The notes beneath the pieces are model-generated. The model worked only from the letters and a program-made list of their open reading frames with translations. It did not search any database and was not told the origin of the DNA. A stretch of 63,988 nt of DNA, the filler included, from Octopus bimaculoides (Eukaryota), in assembly GCF_001194135.2 (NCBI RefSeq). It is 5 parts of 5 records of this genome, joined end to end, with 100 filler letters (N's around TTAATTAATTAA, not from the genome) between each part and the next. Parts side by side here need not be neighbours in the genome. Positions count along the whole stretch, not along the records: positions 1 to 17,422 come from NC_068991.1; 4 more parts are not named here. One strand, 5' to 3'. Of the stretch, positions 1-12,450 are shown piece by piece. Position numbers and translations under genes: made by a program. Numbering within the stretch: position 1 is the stretch's first letter; the number at the start of each line of letters is the position of its first letter.

Positions 1-13
1 ATGTATATGCTCA

Positions 14-208
14 AGGCCAGCAATTTTAGGGAATAAGTAGTCGGTGATATGGATCCCAGCATTCAACCGGTACTTACATTGTCGACCCTGAAGGGGATAA
101 AAGACAAAGCCGACCTCGGTGGAATTTGAACTCAGAACGTGAAGACGGACAAAATGCCGTTATGCATTTTGACCGGCGTGCTAACGATTCTGCTAACTCC
201 CTGCCTTA
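14..208 (-). mobile_element. tRNA-derived SINE, family A (octopus-type)
   Basis: Reverse complement contains gcagaatcgttagcacgccgg...ttctgagttcaaattccaccgaggtcggctttgtc, matching many other copies in the window; B-box-like GAGTTCAAATTCC. Confidence 0.85.
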
Positions 209-261
209 GCATATGTATATATTAATATACGTCTGCATGTCTATTAAAGAGGTCGAGAGCA

Positions 262-398
262 CCCAGGCAGAATCGTTAAGGCGACGAACGGTATCTCTTC
301 CAGCCCACCGCCAAGTTTGACTTTCCCCTTCATCCTATCGAGGTTGATAAAATAAGTTCAAGATGAGTCCTGTGGTCGATGTAATCGACTAGCCGTCT
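262..398 (+). mobile_element. SINE family A, internally deleted copy, head-to-head with 14-208
   Basis: gcagaatcgtta head plus ttcatcctatcgaggttgataaaataag...ggtcgatgtaatcgact tail. Confidence 0.7.
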
Positions 399-1014
399 CA
401 TACAAGTTTTCATGTTTTATGCCTATAAAGATATTTTGTATATATGTACGTGTTTATATGTGTGCGTGCGTAGCGCGCTCACGCGTGTGTGCGCGTGATT
501 GTGTGTGTGTTTATGTGTGTATGAGACAGAGGGAAAAATACGATGTGGCAGTATGTAGAGGTTCCGTCATATATATCTACAATAAGTAAGCGGCGAGAGT
601 GGCGAGGGTAACGAACGCTGCAAAATCTATCATGACTGGGCATTCCTGGAATATCTTCACATTAGCTCGATTTTCGCTACAGAAAGAAGCTAAAATGAGA
701 AACGGTGTGGTAAGGAACTCGACTTCCGGCGCCACCGAAATCTATATCGGAAGTTGTTTGCGGTGTGTTTATATGTTTATTTATTCATATATTTGTTTAC
801 GTACGAATATATGTATGCTGATGTATTTATGTTTTTATGTGTACTGAAGAGTGTTTAGGTATGTATGTGTACATACGTAGATGAGTGTGTATGCGTGTGT
901 GTTTCTGTGTAGCTGCTTGTATAGCAGTGTGTGGGTGCTGTGAGTGTAAATGTATCTGCGTCTATATATTTGAATATATGTTTTGGTTAGTATATGTGTG
1001 TGTGTATAGTTACA

Positions 1015-1046
<32 letters not shown>

Positions 1047-1851
1047 NNNNNNNNNNNNNNNNNNNNNNNNNNNNNNNNNNNNNNNNNNNNNNNNNNNNNN
1101 NNNNNNNNNNNNNNNNNNNNNNNNNNNNNNNNNNNNNNNNNNNNNNNNNNNNNNNNNNNNNNNNNNNNNNNNNNNNNNNNNNNNNNNNNNNNNNNNNNNN
1201 NNNNNNNNNNNNNNNNNNNNNNNNNNNNNNNNNNNNNNNNNNNNNNNNNNNNNNNNNNNNNNNNNNNNNNNNNNNNNNNNNNNNNNNNNNNNNNNNNNNN
1301 NNNNNNNNNNNNNNNNNNNNNNNNNNNNNNNNNNNNNNNNNNNNNNNNNNNNNNNNNNNNNNNNNNNNNNNNNNNNNNNNNNNNNNNNNNNNNNNNNNNN
1401 NNNNNNNNNNNNNNNNNNNNNNNNNNNNNNNNNNNNNNNNNNNNNNNNNNNNNNNNNNNNNNNNNNNNNNNNNNNNNNNNNNNNNNNNNNNNNNNNNNNN
1501 NNNNNNNNNNNNNNNNNNNNNNNNNNNNNNNNNNNNNNNNNNNNNNNNNNNNNNNNNNNNNNNNNNNNNNNNNNNNNNNNNNNNNNNNNNNNNNNNNNNN
1601 NNNNNNNNNNNNNNNNNNNNNNNNNNNNNNNNNNNNNNNNNNNNNNNNNNNNNNNNNNNNNNNNNNNNNNNNNNNNNNNNNNNNNNNNNNNNNNNNNNNN
1701 NNNNNNNNNNNNNNNNNNNNNNNNNNNNNNNNNNNNNNNNNNNNNNNNNNNNNNNNNNNNNNNNNNNNNNNNNNNNNNNNNNNNNNNNNNNNNNNNNNNN
1801 NNNNNNNNNNNNNNNNNNNNNNNNNNNNNNNNNNNNNNNNNNNNNNNNNNN
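1047..1851. other. Assembly gap (representative of about 20 N-runs, most flanked by microsatellites)
   Basis: 805 N. Other large gaps start near 4091, 12731, 30193, 35053, 39053, 45385, 46399, 50007, 53647 and 60546. Confidence 0.99.
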
Positions 1852-1864
1852 TTGTTGCTGTTGA

Positions 1865-1900
<36 letters not shown>

Positions 1901-1975
1901 GATGGTGTTGTTGTTGTTGTGATGGTGGTGGTGGTGGTGTTGGTGTTGGTGGTTGTGGTGGTTGTGGTTATATCG
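1852..1975. repeat. (GTT)n/(GTG)n compound microsatellite
   Basis: Direct reading. Confidence 0.95.
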
Positions 1976-2432
1976 TGGTTGATGTTCTTGCTTCTATTGG
2001 TGCAAACAGTGATAATGGTGATGTGTTGTATATAGTGATGATGATGATGGCAAGGATTTCTTTTTTTCTAATTATGTGAGAAAGGTGCGTGTGGTGGTAT
2101 TGATGCCATTTCCGAGTATTTACCATTTGTTAATCAAAGGATTTACTTTTTAGTGAATGGTCTATGCTGAGTTTGTTATTATTGCTTTCATGACGACAGT
2201 TAATTCCATTCTATGATCGTCATTATCTTGGTAGTAGTAGTAGTAGTAGTAGTAGTAGAAGGAGGGGAGGGGTAGGAGGAGGTCGATGGAAACTTTATGG
2301 AAGCCCGTCAGGTAAATGGTACCTGTAATTTAAAATGATACAGCCTTGTCTCATACACACGCACTGGTATGTGCATTCAGTTTGACAACTGCATTTGCAG
2401 TTCACCTGTTTGTGGAATACTCAGCCACTTAC

Positions 2433-2625
2433 AAGTTATTCCGTGCAAACAATGGAATCTTGCTTTTTTGAATGACGAACATCCCCATTGTTTAGAATTA
2501 ATTGTTTCTTCTGTATTTGTAGATGTTCTTCGATGTGAAAGACGTTTGCAATTAGTTCTGATTCTCACTTTGATCTCAGCTGATGTTACAGTTACTTCTT
2601 TTGCCGTACCCTTTGTTCTTACTGC
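2433..2625 (-). CDS. Candidate exon of an unidentified gene (reading frame ambiguous)
   Basis: Minus-strand acceptor ttcttctag|G at 2625, donor T|gtaagt at 2432, and a second acceptor ttaaattacag|G at 2322 (110-nt intron). No family similarity recognised. Confidence 0.25.
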
Positions 2626-3379
2626 CTAGAAGAATTGTCTCCGGGGAGGATTTTGGATCAGCAACCCAACGATTCCACGTTAAGTTGACAGTGCTATTCC
2701 CTTATGTCCTCTTGGTTCCCAGTTTAACATGAACGTAAGATGAATCATCAGAAACAACATTTGGTCCTCTATGTAGCCTTCAAGTCACAATTTGACCTTT
2801 CGAAGTGGGGCGAAGTCAAATAGCCAAGCTGCAATTGTTGGTACTCTGGTTATTTTAGTTAATATTGTTAACAAGCGAATCATTGTGTTGGAACTGTTTT
2901 TGTTGGCGTTTTATTGCTAACGAAAACGTTAGTAGTGTTAATTTTTATTTGTCATAGCTGCTGCTTCTGTTGTTGTTGTTGTTGTTGTTGTTGTTTCGAG
3001 GACATATGATGTATAAAACCATCTTAGGTTTTTTTCTTTCATTTCATTTAAGCCATCTATCATGTTTTGTTCTTTGAGCTCTACCGTACTTTAATGTATT
3101 CTGGGACCGAGCTGAATATTTTACCATACATATTGCATATTCTTGCCTTGGTTACAGCAAGAAAGCTGATCAAACAATGAAGTTCGTTTATATTTTTTAC
3201 TGATCTTGTTATGATAATGGTGCTGTTAGGTACGTAGTTGCTATATTTTGTTGCTATTGTTGCTAGTTCATAAGAATACCTAGAATAATACAGCTTTTTT
3301 CCAATTACTTTTATAATGTTACAATGAATGCATGCTCTGCATTTTAAACTTACTGATGATTCAACAATAATAGTAATTC

Positions 3380-3525
3380 TGTAGCAGCATTTCGTTCGTA
3401 TTAACGTTCTGAGTTCAAATTCCACCGAGGTCGATGAAATAAGTAACAATTGAGCAGTGAGGGCGATATAATCGGCTCTCATCCTCCTTCGCAATTACTC
3501 ACCTTGTACCAAAATTTGAAACCCA
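3380..3525 (+). mobile_element. SINE family A, partial
   Basis: cgttctgagttcaaattccaccgaggtcga...ttgtaccaaaatttgaaacc. Confidence 0.75.
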
Positions 3526-4053
3526 TATCACTTGTAAAAATACTTCCAGTGATGTGAATATGAAGAGTACATCGGTATTGTTGTGCACAATAATAATACC
3601 TACGCAATTGAAGATTTCCTATTTCTTTGTCAAATGAGAGTCGTGATTATAACGTAAACAGTTGGAAGATTATTTGAGATGATATAACGCAGCAGTTAAA
3701 TTTGAAAGAACAATTTCATTGTCTGTATTTGTTCTATTGTTTTAGTCTACTATATATTGTGGCAAGATAATTTCATTCTTAACCACAAATACAATATTAC
3801 AACATAAATAGTTTTAATCAGAGTTCGAGGGTCAATTTCCATGGTAAGGTTTGAAAGCTTCTATTGATGATAGTCTCCAACAGCGTCACATAGCTGTTTA
3901 AATTTTTATGCTCTCCAACGCCGATGACTGTTCACCAATACATCGAGGTTTTCCTTGAAAAGGTAGGTATAAAAATTGTAAAATTTAGTCTGTCGCCACA
4001 TCATGTTTGTATATATCTGCATACATATATGTATGTATGTGCGTGTGTATGTG

Positions 4054-4090
<37 letters not shown>

Positions 4091-5199
4091 NNNNNNNNNN
4101 NNNNNNNNNNNNNNNNNNNNNNNNNNNNNNNNNNNNNNNNNNNNNNNNNNNNNNNNNNNNNNNNNNNNNNNNNNNNNNNNNNNNNNNNNNNNNNNNNNNN
4201 NNNNNNNNNNNNNNNNNNNNNNNNNNNNNNNNNNNNNNNNNNNNNNNNNNNNNNNNNNNNNNNNNNNNNNNNNNNNNNNNNNNNNNNNNNNNNNNNNNNN
4301 NNNNNNNNNNNNNNNNNNNNNNNNNNNNNNNNNNNNNNNNNNNNNNNNNNNNNNNNNNNNNNNNNNNNNNNNNNNNNNNNNNNNNNNNNNNNNNNNNNNN
4401 NNNNNNNGTATTAAGAAATGTGTAAACGGACTTGATAGATTACTGGGTGATGTCTTAGAGAAATCACATTATTGTTGGTGATACAGCGTTCTATTGCAGC
4501 TATATGACGTGTTTGCGACGAAGTGACATGTGATGACGATTCACACCCAAACTGAAATAGGCTCCCAGCCTCTCTATCATGAATAGTTATGTGGACCACT
4601 TCTAACGAAAGTAATAGCTTCCTTCGACCACTACATAAAAAGTATGTTATTCAGATATACTTTTATTTTAGTTGTTTACACTATTTTACGCTTGTTTATA
4701 CTCTTATACATTCAAAGTTCACAAATTTCCTTATTTAAATTATGAATCATATTTCTTTCGATAATATCAATATGATTACAAAAATTCTTTGTAGACGATA
4801 TTTTCAGTTAGGTCGACACTAATTTTCAAATTAATGGAGCTCGTTGCTCTACTCATAGCGACGTATAAGTGGCCATGTGTAAACATTGGAGTGGGTAAAA
4901 ATACACCTACACGATCTAAAATCTAGCCCTATGCCTTGTTTGTTGTGAATGCGTGAGCGGTATCTTTAGGGTTGTAAAAACTCAAACTAAGACTTACCTC
5001 TCACTGTTCTATGCGAATAATGTGTGGATGTTCTGGTACCATGGGTTATTTTGATTGACAAAACTGAGATGTAAACAACAGCTGCTTCGATTAGCCGTTT
5101 CGAATCCTGCTCGAGACTGATACACTTCAATAACCATTAAATAATCACGCACACTATCTACTGACACACACTTTTTCCATTTTATTTTCGCTATTAACC

Positions 5200-5845
5200 G
5201 TCCTCGCGACCCCCTTCGAATCTACGATGGGGTCACGAACTAAACGATAAAAATCCAGAGTTATTCGTGGTCGGCGATTTTTTAAATAAAAATGCGAAGC
5301 TAGTTTATCAATTCAAAAGTAGATATCCACGAAATAATCATACTTTCTGATCTTTTAATGTTAAAATCCTTCCTCACGATCGACTTTGTAATTCCGAAAC
5401 ATATCGTAACCATTGGTCCAGCCGTCTGGCCACGAAGAGGGATCAGTCAAAGAGACGGACAGACGGATAGACAGTGAATCTGCCCATCTACGATGGGAAA
5501 TAAAAGGATAGTATCGCAAATCTAAACCCTCTAAATTCACAAATTATACGAAGTGGGTAGGGTGAATCCAGAGTAATCCTCGTCGCTTGAATTTTAACAC
5601 AAAAAATCAATTAATACAAAACTCAATATCCACTAAATAATCATACTTTTTTACATTGTTTTCGCTAAAAATCTTCCTATTTACCTCCTTCGTAATCCCG
5701 AAAAATATTGTAACCATTGGTCCAGCCGTTTGGCCGTGAGGAGGGAACAAACAGACAGGCGGACAAACAGCCAGACAAACGGACATATGGACAGACAAAC
5801 GGACAAACGAACAGACAGACGGACATAACGCCCATTATAGTAAGA
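5200..5845 (-). mobile_element. Non-autonomous Helitron-like element (Lep1-like 5' end) with a diverged internal tandem duplication
   Basis: Minus strand starts A|TCTTACTATAATGGGCGTTATGTCCGTCTGTCTG, then a (CTGT/CCGT)-rich tract and cacggccaaacggctggaccaatgg. This resembles recalled Lep1/Helitron 5' ends. No 3' hairpin-CTAG found. Confidence 0.55.
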
Positions 5846-8278
5846 TAACTTTAAGATTACTATGAAACTCAGCCCTTTGATGCACATATCTACCTATAGA
5901 AATATTTTAAATGAATTTTTATTGATACAGATAATTGTGGCCTAACATACTAAATGTAATTAGCTAATATAATACTTAATGAACCCGCTAATGAAAATTC
6001 TAGTAAAGAATAGCAAAGAATCAGTTCCATAATTCAAGTTGATTGAAATCCGAATGTGGATATCTAATGAAAAGTAAATAAAACCTTTGGTAGATGCTGA
6101 CAAATCCAGGCATATATGTCTGTGTTATCATGAACTTTTCAATGAAGTCTTGCTCCTACTACACTTTTATAATAACTAACTCCATAAAATGTTCGTAAGC
6201 AATTTAAAATAAAGTCTATATTGATTATAACACTCAGTGTGTGTATGGGGTGGGGGTATGTTTATGTGGATGGAAGGAAATTCACTATCTGATAGCTGTC
6301 ATACAAGTAGTCTGTGTTGCATTCAGGTTGAACTCACAAGTAGCTGTTCTAACTCGACTGTATCTGTTCTAACTCGAGAATCTCTATAATATTAAATATA
6401 GTAATATACCATAGACGTGTCAATCAGTAGAGTCTTGGCAGGAAAAATTGGTTGCTGTCTAGAACAGTTTAAACGACTGTTTAGAAGCTTGTTTCCCCAG
6501 CTACCTTAGTATACGTTGTGGCAATTGTATGTTCAGGTGCATTGAATTGCATCTGAACATATGATTGGCTGCCAAACTTCCATAGTTTTTTTATTCAAAC
6601 ACATCTGAGTGTGACGACCACTTAATAAAAATAACAATAAGAACAAAAAAAAAAGAACAAGCCGACGATGGAGGAGCTAAATCTCCCTCCGATCCCACCT
6701 GAGCATCTCTAGTAAAAAGAAAGGATACATTGGATATATACACGTGTGCGTGTGTGCGCGCGCGTGTGCACATATTTATATTTATTTGCATCGTCTGTAG
6801 AAATTTATTTCTTTCATGGCTTTCTGCAAGCACCCTTTGACGGCTGCATGCTTTAAAACAATACACAGAATGGGGAATGAGTATAACTGGAGCGCTTTAG
6901 ATCATAGATATACTTGATCAATGCTGACCTAGGGTTAAGCAATATATGAATCAATATGCACAAATACAGAAGAGTAGAAGGGTCCAGTAGAAAGACCAGA
7001 GAGGGACGTACAGAAAGATATATGGTACAGGCAGAGAGACGAAGAGGTTCACACAGGGTTATAGAGAGTAATATAGAGACACAAAGAGAGCTATACAGAG
7101 ACAGGAAGAACGTGGGGGTACAGAGAAAGAGAGATAGAGATAGATAGAGAGTGAGAGCGGTGTACAGAGAGAAAGACAGAGTAGGAAATCGAGAGACAAC
7201 GAGAAAACAAAAACGAATGCTTATCTCATGTATGTTCACGTCATTCCATCTCGATCAGTTTTTTCCATTGTCGCTAGATCAACTGTTGTAGAGAAACATG
7301 TTCTTCTTGTAACGGTAGCAACGGATCAGCAGTTCACAAGACATTCTGAAAGATTTCAAAGACAAAACACCACTTAAATGGATATTCATTGTCGGCGGCA
7401 CTCACTGACAAGCATTCAAGACCTCGTTAGACATTTTCTACATAAGTCGAAGTTTGATCCTTGGTGGTATTCAAATTGATGTTTAGTTCTGATAAAATCA
7501 TATTTTAGCTTTGCTCAAAGAATTGAATCATCGGTTATGTTTGTTCGTTCTGCTAATTCTTCTAATTAGTTGCATGTGGGATTGGCCATCTGTTATTCTA
7601 CTTGTTGTTGATGTTTCAGATGTTTTCCTACACTTATTTTTGCTTTGTTTGTATTTTCTTTGCAACTAAGAACACACTGTCTCTCCTTGTAATGGTTTTC
7701 TTTACAGAAATCTTTCGTATTAGAAAAGGAGAGAGTGGGTAGAGGCAGGAGTAGATTGCGAAGGGAAGTGGAAGGAGGAGAGATATACATGTGTACGTCT
7801 ACACTTGAATGTGCGTAGACGTGCATAGCTTTTCGCCCTTCATTCATCTTTTATATGTAAAAACAGGTAAATAGGTCCTACGTCGATTACGACGAGGAGC
7901 GTTCTAGTTGTTTGAGTTATAGAACTACCTTCTCTTGAATTAGTGTATAAGAGGCTGAGTACTCTGCAGACACTAGTACGTTAAGTATATTTCTGAAGTT
8001 GAATCAGCGGGATTCTGTGTGGGGGGGACAAGATTGTCCCTTTGAATTACTAGTACAATCCATTTGTCAAATTTGTATACAGCTTCCATTTTCCGAGTTT
8101 CCTTCACAGCATTTCGGTCAGTCCGAGGTCAAGGAAAAAACACTTGTTCAAGATGTCACTCAGTCGAATATCATCATTGCGAAGGGGAGGATAGCTTAAA
8201 CACTCAACAAACATGAGTACGGCTCATGGGTGTGCGCGAGAATGTATACATATGTACTCTCACACACACACATACACG

Positions 8279-8323
<45 letters not shown>

Positions 8324-8889
8324 ACACACACACACGCACACACACACATACATAACAACAAAAGTACAAGAGACGTTCACAGTTAATATTTGAGATTATA
8401 TGTCTATGTAAGAAATCGAACTGAGAACATTATGCAGCTGTGTTCTGATAAGCCCTCTCTCGCCAAAGCGACAAGAGAGTCCACTACAATAAGATATTAA
8501 TATATGCCAATTAAAGTTAGTTTCTTACTAATTTCGATGCGTTTTATTATCTGTTAGCTTAATTTAAACTAGGAATAGGTTTTAAAATGTTATTGACAAT
8601 GACAACTTAAACTTGCTCATTATTTTACTTTTTCTTTACAAATGAGTGTTGAGTTTTGCTTCTAGGTAATATAGACAGGCAGTAGTGTATCCCTATACAG
8701 TAATGCTGGGTAGCGCTGCTATGTAACTTGGACCGACATGTGTCCCCATAGAGTATTGGCATTACGTGAATTTAACTGAGTCGCTTCTTTTTTTCATTTA
8801 ACGAAAAGACTTGAACTTGTTGACGAAAAAGAAGGCAATGCCTTAATTTGCGACATCTGAGTTGTCATTATTTGCGATTTGACTACACG

Positions 8890-8890
<1 letters not shown>

Positions 8891-8970
<80 letters not shown>
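8891..8970. repeat. (AAT)n microsatellite
   Basis: Direct reading. Confidence 0.98.
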
Positions 8971-8973
<3 letters not shown>

Positions 8974-9889
8974 GATTATACAGAAATGAAAAGAAAAAGA
9001 AAAATGAGTAAGAAACAAAAATTGAAAAGTAAGAAACGAGAAAATCAACATGTTTTTGTCTAATTTACTGTGAAAAATCTCCAAACTGTCACAAAGTAAA
9101 TAAAGATAAAAATAACAGTAATCTTCCAAATATTTATTGCTAAAAAAAGGAAGAAGAAAAAAAAGAAAGAGACTGGTGTTATAGCAAAACAAATTTAGGT
9201 GAGAAACAAACTTACACCTAATCTCCTTGTCGTCTTATCTTTGTATCAAACTAAGGGAAGCCAAGCAGAAAGCTCACAGTTCTAGTAAGAAAAGATACAA
9301 ACGTTAATATGTGGCCTGGTGGAGGAATTTAAACCTAGTTTTTTGAGGAGATTAAATGCTGCGTCTGCTGGAAGTGTTTTGTGTTTTTTTCTTCTTTATT
9401 AACAATTAGATCGGTTTCGACAGGATAAAACAAATAGTCTGAGTGTGTGTTACTTATTAAGTCACAGATTCAAATACAAATTCCCTGCGTTGGACTCTAA
9501 AGGAAAACAAAACAATAATGACTGTAACTTTTGAATATTCTGTTGGCGAGTCTAAAAAACATCCAGTGTGTTTGGTGTTTTTTTCAATTGCAGCTGGCTG
9601 AAAGGATATTGAGTGTGTCTAGAAACTGAAAGAATCCTGGTTCGTTCCGTTCCCGACACCACTTTACTGGGTATTGCATTAAATGTTGCAACGAAGTTAA
9701 ACCGTTTCAGCAAGACAAATCAACATCAAGATGGTGACATTTGAATCAATGCAAGCAACACTAATACACTGACATAATGTCTGTTATTTCGAACGGTCAG
9801 CTGAAATGTGACGCCACACTACAAGGAAAGATCTGTAAATATAACAAAGTCAAGAGCACACAAAAGTTTAGAATAACTGATGTACACAT

Positions 9890-9985
9890 GTAGGCACAGG
9901 CAAGGCTGTGTGGTAAGAAAATTGCTTCCCAACCACATGGTTCCGGGTTCAGTCCCACGACGTGGGACCCAGGGCAAGTGTTTAT
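9890..9985 (+). mobile_element. SINE family B head (CORE-like)
   Basis: ggctgtgtggtaagaaaattgcttcccaaccacatggttccgggttcagtccca...cccagggcaagtg. Confidence 0.8.
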
Positions 9986-10304
9986 ATATAAGGAAACAGA
10001 AGATGGAAGATACGAGAATGTTTATCGATCACTACAATTGTTTCGACCCATCTAGCATCGGTCCCTTACGTAACCACTGGTTCAGGAGTATCCGACGGTG
10101 TAGATGTGCTCCTTCGGGTGATAAATAGATTTATAACTTGTTAGATAACAGTTCTGCAAGGTACCTTCTCAGTTCGTGTAAAGAAAAGCATCAAATTAAA
10201 GGATATAGCTTCATTTATATAGAAAATAACTTAAATGTATTCGTGGCTTTGCGTCTGCTTTTCCGTGGGTATGTCTAAGAATTCCATTTATTTTCATTTC
10301 GTGT

Positions 10305-10365
10305 TCCTCGCTGATGAAGAAAATATCCTTTTTGGATTAATCCAGAAATCGGAAACGATTCGGAT
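10305..10365 (+). ncRNA. Hammerhead ribozyme-like motif (degenerate stem II)
   Basis: CTGATGA 10311-10317, GAAA 10345-10348, stem III ATCG-GAAA-CGAT, H17=T10360; short stem I (tcg/cgg). Confidence 0.4.
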
Positions 10366-10520
10366 ATAACTATATTTTTATGAATTTCTGTTAACTTTCT
10401 TTCCTTAGTTCGACACGTGGTGTAATAATATAAGTGAAAATATTTTATGTGGTTAGACGATTTAGTGTCTATTTTCAGCATATTGGCAAAGAAATTGTTT
10501 TCTTTTTGCCCTTATTTATA

Positions 10521-10557
<37 letters not shown>

Positions 10558-10788
10558 TATATATATATATATCACGGTGGTGCACCAGCATGACCGCAGC
10601 CACTTGGCTGAAACACATAAATAAAATAAATAAAAATAGAGAGAGAGAGATGGATAGATAGATAGATAGATAGATAGATAAATACACATATATATACACA
10701 TATATATACATATATATATGTATAAATATAAATATATATGTATGTATATATGTATGTGTATATGTACATATGTGTAAATCTATCTATC

Positions 10789-10834
<46 letters not shown>

Positions 10835-12029
10835 TATTTTTATTTTTTCAAGGTGGTGCTCCAGCATAGCCGCAGTCAAATGACTGAAACAAGTAAAAGA
10901 ATAAAAGAATATATATATGTGCAAAAACATATATCCATTGTGTGTGTGCACCGGCGTACGTATTCGTTGTATATGTGCAGACATATACAAAGAAAGAAAA
11001 AAAACTAGTTACATACCAAGTTATCTGGAACATTGAAGTAGAATTGTAGGACATTGAAATATTCACATGCACATTTTTTTAATAATCATTTTGAACTAAA
11101 TATATTGTTTCCTAAGTACAAATGGCGAAAAGATAAGTAACAGCAACAACAAGGACAACCATGACGACATCTAAACTACAATTAAAACCAAAATCAACAC
11201 TAACCAAAGCAACATTATCTAAAAGAAAATGAAATAATAATAAAGATATTTGGAGATGAACAGTTCCTGTTTACGTTAGACATTACAAATAGACTGTCCA
11301 AACATCTAACTAGGTACTTCCTTTAATTAGCAGTTGCGATGCTAACGTAACGTATTATTTCTACTATACTTCGACTGTATCGTAGCACAAAGTTCTGTGT
11401 GTACAACATTGACAGTAGTCGCACAGGAATAGAGGCAAATAACATAAAGGACTTCTGTGTAAATACATAATTCACACATACACATATATACAAACATATA
11501 CACAAATACGCACACATGTTTTTAAACATCTGCGAGTATGCAGATATATGCATACATGCATGAAGACACAAATACATACACGCATACACGTACACACACA
11601 CACATATACATACATGTAATGTGCAGTTAAATATGACACGTTACCAAATAAATTGGGCTTTTGTGATCAGTTATACACTCCACATGATGTGAAAACAACC
11701 ATCATATCGCTAAACATACACACAGATATAAAATACATACACACACGCGCTCGCACGTCCTACGATCTAATGGCGTCATATACAGCCCAACGATGGGCTG
11801 ACTACGAAGGCCCTGCTGAAGGTTTGCAGCAGTATGTTGCTGTTTCGTCAAATTCTTCTATACGCCATATGGCATAAGTACCACGGAAGATATTTTCCAG
11901 GCCGCAGAGCGTGGATCTCTTTCTGTCAAGTCTGGATCCACTATAATTTCAACCATGCCAACGGCATTTCACACTTCTTTTCTTCTATTTCACCCTCCTT
12001 TACAAAGTTCAGTGACTATGAGACAAGGA

Positions 12030-12450
12030 TGACAGGAATATGTTTTGGTGAAACTGGGAGTCCCTAGTCTGGACCTTCATGTTGGCGGTAGGTATGCGAG
12101 AGTCACCTTTTCTGGTATCTGTAACCATTCTAAAGTCCGGTCAAACACCTACATTTAAGCAGACTTATTTAGCAGCACTACAGCCTACCCAGATGGGGGA
12201 GGGCCCTAGAATACGCGGGCTAAACATCAAAGGTTATTTCAAACCGAGCTAAGAAATCGCACTCAGCGGGTTACCTTGAATGTGGTCCAAATAGCAAGAA
12301 ATTTCTCAATCTTCTTACTGCCATGACTGTCGAGGTATGGAATATCAGAGCTTTGCTCGATTTAAAGGAAGGTGACAGCCAACCTGAAAGAAGAACAGTT
12401 CTCGTGGCTGAAGAACTGGTGAGACTAAATGTCGACGTTGCTATTTTGAA
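12030..12450 (+). mobile_element. RTE-clade LINE 5' fragment: 5'UTR plus start of the AP endonuclease
   Basis: 12323-12450 translates MTVEVWNIRALLDLKEGDSQPERRTVLVAEELVRLNVDVAIL, matching the RTE motif W-N-(V/I)-R-x-L...P-E-R-R-T-x-L-V-A-x-E-L-x-R-x-N-(I/V)-D. The UTR extent is uncertain. Confidence 0.85.

Noticed and set aside
4411-4633. Minus-strand open frame GRRKLLLSLEVVHITIHDREAG...HHPVIYQ as an exon or Calx-beta-like piece
   Set aside because: The donor (gtccgt) is weak and the similarity is too short to support.
7230-8200. Protein-like stretches near 7.3-7.5 kb and 7.9-8.2 kb (e.g. NFDLCRKCL)
   Set aside because: Every frame is interrupted by stops and no family is recognisable.
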